A DNA stretch of 64,000 nucleotides. It comes from Ptychomitrium polyphyllum (Eukaryota). Positions 11,734-24,250 of this stretch are shown here, in pieces. The stretch's first letter is position 1. The number at the start of each line of letters is the position of its first letter. The translations under genes and the position numbers were made by a program. The stretch spans positions 13,268,001 to 13,332,000 of the forward strand of contig OZ316775.1 in assembly GCA_973851085.1 (NCBI GenBank), given 5' to 3'. The notes below the pieces were generated by a model, which was not told where the DNA came from, ran no database searches, and saw only the letters and a list, made by a program, of their open reading frames with translations.

Positions 11734-14700
11734 ACTACAAAATCCATATCAGGAAACACCAATTCGCCTTCCTTGAGCGTTTGAAGCTCGTAAATATTAG
11801 CAAATAGTACATCAAAGTATAATCGATGCTGTAGCCTATGCAATTGGTAGGCACAATCGATACATAGGATGCATGATGGATAGCTTTGTGTAGTGCTCAC
11901 ATTTTTATCACCAATGGAGTCGGCATGCATGAATTGGAACACTTCTCACAATAATTTATCACGACTTCTGTGGAGCAAAAATTTTGAGTTCAGAACTTGA
12001 GGATTACAATATCTTGTAGGCTTTCCTAGATAACCACTATACATAATGAGGTCCACATAACCAATTCTAGAGGTTTGTCCAGAAACCTTGTGCCACTAAC
12101 TCACCAACCATTCTATCCATCACAAGAAGTAGAAAAAGACAACCCTAGCCTCCGTGTGATCCTCAAACCTGTGCTGCACTGAGGGTATGGCATATGGTGC
12201 ATTTACAATTCAAACAACTTCATATGGGTCGTAGAAGGCATACCAGCTCACTATTAGAACTCAGATCAAGCCTTGCCTTGATGTGGCGAGTGTCATTGCA
12301 CTGGTATTGCAGGGACTCTTGAATCTCCAAGTGGCCAACTGCAAGAGATTTCAGAGGATGTTAAGGCATGGGAGGATGTCAGAAATTCTTTTGGGGGAAG
12401 CAGCCAGATCGGTGATTCACAAGCCTCATTTAATTCTTCTCCTGACAACAACTTTAACATTTTCCGATCTGGTCTGGCTGGGGATAAGTTGATCAGCTTG
12501 GCAGGGTACACACTTCTAATCATGGCTTCTGCGCCTGCATAATCAACACATCAATAAAAACATTTTAGAGCTTCGGATCAGTGATGGTAGATCATTTCTA
12601 GTGTCTCTTCACGTGTATGCCACTGAAGCGTTTTGAATACTTCTGCACTAGACCTATCATTAGTGCACAGTTCATGCTTGATCTCTGCTTATGAATCCCA
12701 TCTACCCATAGAACATCATCTCTTGGCACTTGTTTGATTCTATGAATTGCGGTTGACAGGGGTCCAGTTCCCAGCATGGACGAATCTCGGAACGGTGCCG
12801 AAGAGACTAGAGGTCTGAAAACCCACGAAGAGGCCATTCCAGCTGCTGCACCCAAAACGTGCGTCCAGTAGTGATCTTACACTCCACCTCCCCATACTTC
12901 GTTCATAGACAATGATCATTCAGTGTGATTCACCAGCATACAAAATTTATAAATTTTGTGCATTCTAAATTTTGGAAGGCAAATCTTCGTACATTATCCT
13001 GCTCACTATATTTTCCTGCATTTCTGGACTGACGATTGACTTCCAATTCCAAGTCAATAGAGATCCGCAAGCAATGAACCTTAAGAACTCCCTAACCACA
13101 TTGAATTGACGCATGTTGATCAGGTGTAAAAGTTCTGTTAGAACCCATAGCAGAGTAAAGAAAAATAAACAGAAATTGATGCCTTCAGAGGAGACCTAAA
13201 ACATCGTGATCTTCTGCAAACCTAAAAGTTGAGTGAAAACGAAACACATCAAAATTGAATTGAATTCGATTCTCTAGGACCTACCACATAGAAACAAGCA
13301 TCCGAGTATGTGATAGAGACCCATTTCATTTTAGGTGTACCCATCCGCTTTTCTACAAAGCTCAAAGAAATAGTGTACACTATCAGTGCATGAAACCTAC
13401 CCGCACTAACTTTCTCTAACACACTTCAATATACTCTCACACCTAGAAGAATTAGCCCTAAATAAGATCTCAGGTCATATCAATCCTTATGTTTGCATCG
13501 CATAGACACAAGCTAATGTCTATGAGCCACAGGAGGGTTCAAGGTCACAAAAGGAGAGCAATGGCAACCATATAACCACCATGGTCTGTAATACGCTTGA
13601 ACTGTCCTCAACGTCTCACCATCCTTAACTCTAGGAAATAATAAGAAGCACAAGACGTTCTTAACAAGGACCCGACTAAATCTTATACCTAACCAATCGA
13701 TATGCCAATTGCTGTCGCAAAACGTCGTCATCCTAAATCGCCAGAACAACAATGAAGATGCAGAACTCACAATGATTGCAGGAACTACAGACGAAGTGGG
13801 CTTTTACAGACTGCACCGCGAACCAATTTTATGTACGGATGACCTCTTTCTAGCAGTCAACTCACCCGTGAAGTTCATCTAACGATGCAAATCCGGCAGT
13901 CCTAAAGAATTCATCAATAGTCCGCCATTCAGTCGAACAAATGGTGTGTCGCGTAAAAAGGCGTCTGCGTCAGCGAAGCTCTGAATACATGTTATGAAGA
14001 TGAATCCTTGTCCCGAGAACTCCGAAGCCGAAGCTTTCTAGAGTATCGTGCTCTTCTTATATTTCTCCCACTGTGTAATGGAGGCGAGAAAGACCCAATC
14101 AAGTGCAGTAAGGTTCATTGCAACGCAAGTACTCTGAATTCATGAATTCAAGTATTCATGCAGGAGAGGAAATGAGGGAACTTCTGGTGATAGCAAAATC
14201 TTCACAGAGTGATTCCAAGTTGAATTGGTGTTTCATACAATGAGTACAGCCCTTAGATGCACAGTGCCTCCAGCACTAGGGAACAGGGTATCAATTTCTT
14301 ACAATCTAATTTGCCTGCAGCCCATCTGCATGACGAAGCAGTGATCAGCTACTGGTATTATCAGGTCTCCTTCGCAAAGGTCATGGAACTTCTGAAGTTC
14401 TACACGAACTTTGGAGCCACATCTTCCACACGCTCAGTTCACCTTTCCCCTTGGTGGGAGTACTACCGTTCTCTAGGACAGTAGCACAGCTGCCAGTGCG
14501 CAAACGGAATTGTTTGCGAAGGTCACTTTCAACTCCAAATAGCCCATCACTTGGTGTCCATGTTCGACCTTGAGAAGGAATGCAATGATGTGCGCGAAAC
14601 TTATCACCCACAAGAATCGCCTGGAGGTGGTCGTGTATATAGAAAATCCTTGGATAATAAAGCATATAGAAAAGTGTTGCAGCAACAAAGGCAAAGCCAA

Positions 14701-15499
14701 CTAGGAGACTTGAATGAGCTTGAGTTGAGCAAACTTCTGAAACTAGGTGCAACAGGGGGTACAAGCGTAGGTGATTGTGGCTCGACTGTGATCACAGCAG
14801 CCCAAATGTAGACAGGAGCATGGATATAAATAACTCGTATGTGGGTGAGATGCAGCCAAAGAAGGCGCATCACTCGGATGTCGGACAGGAATAAGCGAGT
14901 GTATCTGCAGACTCGCACCGCACCCTGAACCGAGAAATAGAGCGTTTCCAGGCGGGTTCGTCTTCCGCCGAGTCTTTCCAAAGCGTCACCGTTCACGTCA
15001 GTCGCTCGGTAACTTACCGGGTGCACAGGGCACACGGTATACTGGCAGCGTTGTGGAACGAGGTGGAGGCCAATTCCGAATGACACCGTGCGGCAGGTCA
15101 AGCTGATCTGTGGAATTTCTGGAAACTCGCTGATGCCTGCGCACTCTGTTGCCTGCTTCTCTTCCTAATTTGTGCCCCACGACTTAACCCACGACTTCAT
15201 TCTGCTCATGCTAGTCTTTATGGGGTTTATGCCTACGCACCCGCAAGCACCCCAGCTGCCTTATGCGCGTGATCCCACATTTTCGTGTCTTGGGGCTTGA
15301 TGCAGTATCTATGGGTCTAGAGGATGGTCGTAACAATGCATGCTTAGAGGAGTCGGATCAACGGATGAGGATTGCGGAAAATTTGGTGTAAATTTGGTTG
15401 TGAGGATTGTTGTTGGAGAATATTCCAGTTGTGAAGGAAGGAGTGATGCATTTGGGTTGAAATTGATTGAGGGAGGACTAGGGGTTTGAATACTGAAGA

Positions 15500-18400
15500 A
15501 TGTTTCCGGCGCTGAATTTCGAGGAGGAACAAGATGAGGGCCAATTTATCTGGGAAGCGAGCAGAAAAGTTGCTTCACTGCCCCCTCTGGGTCGTGTGCT
15601 TAATATCATATTCACTGCAGAGTGGCGAAGTGTGGAGAAAGCGTTGTCGTCGGACGGTACTCGCGCGCAACAAGGTGCAGAGAGGCTGGTTACTTAAAGT
15701 TCTTCACAACCTTGACCTTTGATTAGGGTTTAGGGTTTAGGGTTTTAGAATTCAAGCGAACAATCTTTTCTAATCCTCTGTCGTGAGTTTTTAATAAGAG
15801 TGTTGTGGATCATGCTCTTATTTAGCAGGGTCGATTGGGTGGGCATTGAACGCATTATTGGAGCATGTCGAGTCTAAGCTTACGACAAATGCATCTTTGG
15901 ACCAGCTTCATATTTCTATGCTTGAGCATGTAAGCAGAGGTGCTGTTTTACTCTCATTTTGATGCTTATGGGTGCCCTGAACCTTAAATGTCAACAGGGC
16001 TGGTACTAAAGGTCAATGGACAAATATGAACGCAAAGAAATTGCTCGCGGATTTTCAGAATTGACGACGTTACTAATTCATTAGTTGGTGGAATGCGCTT
16101 TGATATGCTCTTAATCTGTGCAGGCAGTGAAATCAAAAGACCATGGCAACCGAAGAAAAGTGGTTGTCACATTGCGTTGGCTATTTGCAGGGACCAGGTA
16201 TGGCCTGCTTTTGGCAACAAGCCTGGCATCCATAGCTGGAAGTAAAGAAGTGGATCACCGAGTTAAACTGGGTTGGTGTGTTGTTGTTCGAGAATTAGTA
16301 GAGAAGGAACCTGTCTTGTATCGTTCTTTACCAACTGGTGAGCTCCTCGAAGCCTGGTCCCTGTGCGAAGTAGCAGCTTGGGGATGAATGCAATTGTTGT
16401 TGGTTGTAGTTTGTAGCATGCTAGAATTGATTGTTTTTGATTAATATCCGTCAACAGGATAGTGCTAACTGTATGAATTCACATCTTGATATTTTTCGTG
16501 TAAGGGATGAGTTCAGTGCAGACAGATGAGGAACTTTCAGCACCGTTACCACCTCTCATTTGCTTTTCCAAGTGTGTGCATGCTCTGATCCAGATTGTCT
16601 GTAATGAGAGGTATTTCATTTGTTTTGGTCAATCCTTTCTGTCCGCACTGATGTTTTCAGAAAGATGAAGTCACGTTGTCCCCGCTGTTTTGCAATTTCT
16701 GCTTTACAAATTCTGTTTGCTTCCTTCTATTAGTATGATTTCTTAAACTACCTACATTCTCACGAGCTTCTTTAATTAGCTAACGATATAAACAAACTGG
16801 TAGCTTCACTTCACAGTGCCCTCCTGTAACTGCTTGATGAATTTCAGGACTAAAGAACTTATAAAACGTGATGAATTTCAGACTTATAGAACTTCAGGAC
16901 TAACATGTTGCCTTCCAAGCTGACAGCTCCAAGCAGAGAAAGCAGAAGTTACCAACACGCCTCACAATGACAGCTGCAGATTGCGTTACAGTAATTACAA
17001 AGGGCCTTGTGTCTGAACCTCCAGCTATATCCACTAAGACAACAACAGAGAAATTGGAGAAGAGTGAAAAGAGGGTGCTTATCACTCCCACCTCGAGCTC
17101 TTCTAATGAAAATGGAAGTGATGTCTCTTTTAGTAACAATGAGGCGGAAGCCAGCACATCAGGTTTTCTTCATACACTTCCACTTTCTACTTACACGAAT
17201 GCATTTTGACAACGTTTAAAGATCCTCTTGTTTCTTCATTTCTTGAACTTATGGACTTTATTTAGGTCGGGAAAGAGAGAATATTCTGAAGGAAGAAGGC
17301 GCCCGTGTCCTTTGGGACAACCTGGATGACATTATTCTGCTTGTTGTTGAACTGCAGGAGGTAAGAAATCAATACCCTGGAGATAGAAACATTTGTATTA
17401 TATGCTTTTTCAGGTGTTTTTAGCCCTTCATCTATGTATAATAGTCATTGTTGTCGTGTCCTGAGGTGGGCATGTCCATAGAATAGGCCGCCCTACTCAA
17501 TGTGTTTTCACAATCTTGTACTGAATTCTTAACTTTAATGCAGTGGAATGAGCAAGGCCGGCCATTACATGCACGAGGACTTCAGCAGGTGCTAAAGCGA
17601 CTTAGATTTCTAGCAACCTATAGAGATTCTTTGGAGAGTCTTACTGGAGGTACATCCTGGTCGCGATTCTACTGTAATGTAAATTAGTGAAATTTTTTTA
17701 CTTTAGAAACCAACTAAAAAAACCACAATTGGATCTGTTAGTGGTATAGACCTTTGGTTTTAGTTGGACAGTTTAGGACATTTAGCCTGTAACGAAATAC
17801 AGTAGTTTAAGAGGTTGATGATCATACATGATGTGTACGGATGTATTTGTGATGGTATACTATTTTGTGGATATATGAAAGCTTGATTTATGGAATTTGA
17901 CTAGTGGTTATGGTTATTTTGACAAACGCAGGGAATATTCAAGTTGGGGTTTCTGTTTTGGCAGCATGTTGGCGTCAGTATAGCAGTTTGATACTATTGG
18001 AAGACCGTGTCTTGGTCTCTAACCCAGATCCTGTTATTGAACATTGGTGTGGAGCTCTCCAGGTAACTATCCAAATTAGAGGTGTTATATTCGTCATTAG
18101 AAGCAAAGGATTTTAGTTCTTGAAACTCTGGCCTGAACATTATGGTTTGGGAGTGTTTGCTTCATTGAGCAGTACTGGACACAAGCAGCCGAAGAGTTGG
18201 GTGCAAGCGAGACTCGGAGAGCTGATGAGATGCGCGGCTATGCTTTGACCTGCCTTGCGCTCGTACTGGGTCGTCTTGACTCTCGGCGCCTAGAGGAGGT
18301 TCTGAAGGATATTGAGCCGGAGCTCCTGCAGACTTTGATAAATCAAGTAAGTTATATTGAACTACAGCATTTAATACTCTTTGGTGAATATGAGTTGGAA

Positions 18401-21400
18401 TTTGTACTTATGCCATGACTCATTTGGTAAATTTCAAGGAACTTTACGAAGATGAAGTTGTGAACCAGTTCGTTTGTCTATACTAGTTTGTCTGAGCACG
18501 AGTTTCAATCGATTTGGATTGTTTTGAATAGCCACTTCTGCTGCTTACAACAGGTTCGAGGAGCTGATATCGAAGTGGTTGAGATGGCCATGGCAATTCT
18601 ACGATCTTTGTTGTTTCGGAGTTCTGCTGTGACCTCAAAGATGGAGGAGATTGTTCCTGTTCTGATGGATATGCTAGATACCAGGGATTCAGCGGCTAGA
18701 GCTGTGGTGCTTTTGGTGGCTGAATTCTTTGCCTTGTATCCTTTGAGATATTCTTACTTGATGCTTCTGTGTAAGTCTCGTGGTAGTATAGAAGCATATA
18801 TATGAAGGAGTGTTAAATGTCACACAGCTTGTCAATGCCATGCTCAGTAGGCAGGTTCCTACCCTTTCAATTTATATTGGAGTGATTCTTTAAATTCTTA
18901 AGTGGATGATTCTTTAGCACTTTTTTCTGAATTTGACTCAGTTGATGTTTTCCTTTTCACCTTCACATGCTTGCAGTTTCCTCTTAACTGTCATGTAGAA
19001 ATCCTACATCACCTGAGCTTGAGAAAGTGTTGGCACGACTTGATTCAGAGGATTCATTGCAACGCCGCAATGGACTGGATGTATTGACGGAGCTCGTGGT
19101 TGTCACGACAAAGTCTACGGACACTCTAGACACTCCGTTGAGGTTCCTCTCTTGCTTGGCTTCTAATTTTAATCATTCTGAGAGAATTGTACCTAGGGTT
19201 TGATTTTTTCAGCAGTTATTCTACAGTATTATCTGTAGGTTTGTCGAAATATTTCTTTTGCTCAATTAGACGATTGGTATCTTGGTGCCATCCATGTGTA
19301 TTGTCTGCACTGTCTTTGAGTTTCGGGGCAGTATTTGTCCTACTCGAGAAAGTGCGATGGCTATCCTAAGGGCGATACTTGAAGTTGTACCCATCTTTGA
19401 TTGTTGGTTGCCTGAAACTGTATGTTATGCATCTGGCAGTCGCACAATTGCTGTTCACTTGTTTGACCGTCTAGGCGATGAAGAGCTTACCAATCGGATA
19501 GAAGCGTCTGCACTCTTTGCAAAGCTTGGTACTATGTCCTTACTAAAACTTGCAGATTATGGACACTTCATTCCAAGAGTGTTCTTTAAATGTAGTTTTA
19601 TGGTTAAATTTCTGTAATACAAAGATTAACCACAAAGAGTGAAGGTGCTAGTTTAATCGATAATAGATGAGGCACAAGAAGCATGGTTTCTTAGAGTGAT
19701 CGACAGCTCTTAATTGAGAGGGTTTTTTGCATTCAACTGATGGTTTCACCTGGCATTGTGCAGATCCTTCGTTCACACTGGCACATTTGGTTCGGTTGGT
19801 GTACTCACCAGATGCACGAAAGCGTTCAGCCGCGAGTTCTGCTGTGGAGGCTGTTTTGTGTGGTCATGCTGACCAGTGCCGCACTATTACTGTTCTTCTT
19901 GACTGTCTCAGGTTCAAGGAACATTCTATTTGCAGTTACAGTTGCATTACTGACTTGCTATAGGCGTGTAAAATAGTGTGGCATGATCTTTCGATTCATA
20001 CATGAACCTGGAGATATTGTATGTAGGTTTTGCTCTGTCTCCGACTTTTGAATCCTCTTTTCTTTACTTTATGGTTGAAGCAAGTTTCTAACAGGATGAT
20101 AATATAAATATTTTTCTGGAATTTTGTTTTCTTGTTTTGTTGCATGATTTTGTGACAACCATCATTTGATTTGCAGGGACCTGATGGCAGAGACTGCTTC
20201 TGCTGACGAAACTGTAGGCCCTAAGAAAGGTATTTGCATATATATATTTCTTATGTCACTTTCATGACACTAAGACATTTTTATACTACTTAGTATTTAA
20301 CACTAGCTACTGAGTAAGAAAGTGGAGCCTTCATTCTCCGAGCCAGGAATCAAACCATTCCCTTCTTCCGTGATTCAAGTTTTTCTTGTCCAATATGTAA
20401 GATGCCGCTTGATGCCATATCTTTGAACTGAAATGTTCTTGCTCTAAACACCATCGCGTGAGAGATGAATGATGGATCTGTTTTGGATCTTTGTTTCTCC
20501 TTTGAATCTCGTAGTTTTTTTGATTCATTTGAAACTGAGTGCAGCACGGCCTTCTCTGGACCTTGATCGAGTATTGTGCTTAATATCTTCCTGGGCATCG
20601 AAGGTAGGCATTATTGGAACCTGATTACAAGCATTTCCACTTTGTTTGTAAATTACCTGAGGTCATACGACTTTTCTGTAAGAGCTCACTAATGTATGCT
20701 GGCTGTATCATGTGAGGCTGCCAAAATACAGGGTCACCATTTAGAGCTGACGAGTTTAAACACAGCTGACTAATGTGCTGCAGAACAGCTTTTGTGAGAT
20801 GTTCTTAATGTACTCAGCTGTTCGAATTTTGCTTGTAAATTAGGTTCAAGACTGGAAGCCTTTGATCGAAGTGCTTCTGGATAAGATGTACATCGAGGCA
20901 TCAAATCCTGTGATTCCTAGATTCTTGAGTCATATTAGCGACCCGTTAGCTGACATATCAAATTTGGTCATTCCACGGATTTATCAACGAATGCATGATC
21001 AACCGAAGTAAGACCCGACCTATTAATGCTTTTTTTTTGCATATATGCTCCATTTTATGTATCTTAGGGTCGTAATGATGTACTTTTGGGATGTTGTAAT
21101 TATGTGCGTCTCACCTGTTACATGCTGTGTCTTTATGGTGGCCAGAATGAGTGAGGAGGTTCTCACCAATGTCTCTGAGAGTGAAGATGCCCTTGCTGAG
21201 TTACTCTTCCAGCGCCTGAGCCCTATGCTTGTTCTCAGAATTATGCCTTTGAAGGCGTTTAATCATTCAAGATCTAAGGAATTATACGGTAGTATGTTGG
21301 ATAATTCAACTCCAGGTCAATCCTCTTACCTGATATTATTTTTTCATAGTCAACACCTCTTTTTATTTTCTCCTGCTGCTAGCTGAAGTTGGTTGGAATG

Positions 21401-24250
21401 CCTTATCTGGAAGATTATGCAATGTTCTTGCAGGTAAACGTGAAGATCAAGAGAAAGTTTCTACAATTACTAGTCTCTTGCTTGAAAGGTATATTTATCT
21501 CTAGTAAGTAACAGATGTTCAATGTTGCATAGTTGTGGTTAGGTTGAAATGTTCCGAAGACATTCGATGTACCTCGTTTGTGTCCTTTGGAGTTGCTAAC
21601 TAACCGGGAATCTTAAAGTGGATTATAATTACTGAAGTTTGTTGCATTCTCAGGATGTCCAACATGTGGGAACTTGATGATGTTCGAAAAATCGCTGCAG
21701 AGCTTACCGGTCGCCTTCTTCCTGATGTGAGACCTCAGCTACACTTGATTCATGATGAACTTTTGATGTTACTAAAGAATGCAAACAATTGTAAAATTTG
21801 CAAGTTTTTCCAATTTTGTGACGAAAATTTTGTCTCTCAGAACCACATGTAGAGGAAGAATGCATGCGTATGAAGATTAGCTAACGTACATGTATCTAGC
21901 AGGCTATGTTGCCGTCCGTATCTGCAGTACTAGAGAGAGCAGCTCGCAACCTAAATACCGTGACAGCTAAGGCTTGTCTATTTACCCTTTGCACCTCACT
22001 TATGGTAAGCTTCTTCAGTATTATACTTGGTTAATCACTTCCAATCATTCAGGATTTTTCCTTTAAAAAATATACTGTATCTTTTATTAAAAAATCAAAG
22101 GAGCACGATAGTAGACCATTTGTATTTTCCACTGATATGTGACCTAATTCTGATCGATAATGCAGATCAGGGGCAAAGAGACTCTTGAACATCCTGTGTT
22201 GGCACAGGTTCGTAAGTCGATATCAAGCATCATACTCTGGTCCCCAAATTCCCTGAAAGGTATGCCGTACATCCTGTTTGTCCTTTTAATTCAGCACAGA
22301 GTAGTCTTTTTCCTTACATGTAAATTGTAGGTGTAGCCAGCGACTTACATCTCTTACAGTAAAGGTTTTCATCACATTCTGTTGTGTTTTAGGAGGTTCT
22401 AGGAACCAGGAGGTAAAGGTTGAATGTTTACAGTGGCATTAATTGCTTGGCTTGTAATTCAACTGTGGTTGGTGTAAGTGGGAGAATTGTTCAAACGGGG
22501 TCTACATATTGCTTGCAGGGTCGACGGAAATAGCAAAAGCACAGCATGGCTGCATCGATTGTTTTGCAGCAATGATTTGTGCAGAAGTTGGAACCTTAGG
22601 CATAGTCTCCCCATTGCCATCCAAGCCTGTTCGAGGTGAGCAGAAAGTGAAGAAACTGATTGAGGAGATTCCGGAAGAGGAGTGGAGAAGTCCTGCAAGA
22701 GGTGCACTCTTTGTTTTTGCAGCATCTCACTTTAAAGCTTTTCTTGGGCTGGTTAGTGTTTGCTGCTATTTTTTGCGGATATTACTCTATGGAGCATTTT
22801 TCTTAACGTTTATTTACTATTAGCTCAGTGCTTCGTGTGTTGTATGAAGGCTGAAGTTTACTTGATTAAGCACATTCAGCATTGTCGGTAATATACGTGA
22901 TTTTTATTCAGGTGGGATATTTCTTTTTGAGCAGGTAACCTAGAAACTCAGAAAAGGTGGAAAATTCTCTTTTCGGTAATTGAGTGTGTTCTGGGCAATC
23001 AACCATTTATTGTTTCAGCTACACTTGGACTACCAGAAGTTAAGAGAGGTAGAAATATCAATTTCAAGTTCTTAGTGCAGCTTTTTTTTCTCCCGTATTT
23101 ATTTTCAAGTAGACACTTTAACAATGTGCCCTTTTCTGAAGTTTCCTCTCTGCTGGTACCAAAGTTATATTCAAAAAGAATGTCATGTCTGCTTCCAGAT
23201 TGTGAAGATGCTCAGCTAGCCCCCGAGGTCTACCGTGTGTGCATGGCCAATGTCTTGATCAGCAGTGCTCAAAAGATTTCTGCAAGTGTAAGACCTGCAT
23301 ATGCGCAGGCTGTAATACCGCCAATCATGAACTTCATTCAGGTAGTCATCTCCTCTCACATAACATTCTCTGCATATCTGTTTTATCTTCGCAATATGAA
23401 ATAAACACTAAGTTAATACAGTAAAATGTCTGAGTTTTTGCAAAACACATTGAAATGATGACGTGAGAGGTCATCGTGGACGTTTAAGGATTAACACTAA
23501 GTGTTTTGCTCGTGGTCCTTTAAAAATAATGTTAGAACTGCCTATTCTTATGTTTGAAATTGCATATCCAGTCTCTTGATATTTTCTTAGACCCGTGACC
23601 CAATTCACATTCTATTATTTGTGCTGTATGTTTTAATCCACATGCCTGGGTATAGGTGAGTTCAGCTCCAAAGCTACGAGCAGCTTGTCTCCAAGTCCTC
23701 TTCACTTCTGTTTATCATCTCAAAGGACTGGCCATAGTTCCATTTGCAGCTGATCTCCTCAACCTCTCTATCTCTACCATTGGAGGCCGTTATTCAACAG
23801 AGGTAATTTTCACGCAGTTCTTGACTCTTTTGGCTCCCTGCTCAAGCTCTTGTGAGATCACGTGTGTGACACTGGCTAGTACCAGTTGATGCTCAGCTGG
23901 TATATCTATTGCAGCTTTCGTTTAAGTCTTACTTTATGCCGCATTTGGCTTGTCAGAATATTCTCAAATCATCTCCTTTTCTGCAAATTATTCTTAAATT
24001 ATCTCTTTTTCTTTTTATCAGAAGATTAAATGTGTTTGTAATACTGTGGATGGATATACAACAGGAGCGAACTTCAGGTACAAAGGTACTGGCCTCACTA
24101 TTAGCAAGCGACGACAGCGTTCTCAAAGAAATTGCTCCATTCATTGAAGATGCCCGCCGAGCAGTGGCTACTGTTGCCAATATGGATTCTTCTCCACAGC
24201 TGCGAGCATTGTGTGAGCAGCTGCTTGCTTGCATGACCAAGACAGTGTAG
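15500..24250 (+). CDS. Large uncharacterised ARM/HEAT-repeat superfamily protein (resembles the Arabidopsis AT3G57570 family from recall), about 26 exons
   Basis: Chain of GT..AG exons giving segments such as LPPLGRVLNIIFTA, LDQLHISMLEH, VKLGWCVVVRELVE, LPTRLTMTAADC, LFQRLSPMLVLRIMPLKAFN, ELDDVRKIAAELTGRL, QHGCIDCFAAMICAE, CMANVLISSAQKIS, RAACLQVLFTSVYHLK, LRALCEQLLACM. Stop TAG at 24248-24250. Confidence 0.85.
15723..15746 (+). repeat. Interstitial plant telomeric repeat (TTTAGGG) x ~3, telo-box cluster in intron 1
   Basis: ttagggtttagggtttagggtttt, about 50 nt downstream of the exon 1 donor at 15675. Confidence 0.8.

Noticed and set aside
14135..14150. 16-bp perfect palindrome TGAATTCATGAATTCA
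   Set aside because: It is a tandem doubling of a self-complementary 8-mer, with no extended precursor-like stem.
14232..14252. GAGTACAGCCC resembling the 3' end of miR529
   Set aside because: Only the 3' half matches and no fold-back partner is visible.
16835..16903. Short internal duplications (tgatgaatttcag.., gaactt..) in an intron of the ARM gene
   Set aside because: Local slippage. The frame-preserving acceptor lies downstream, near 16927.
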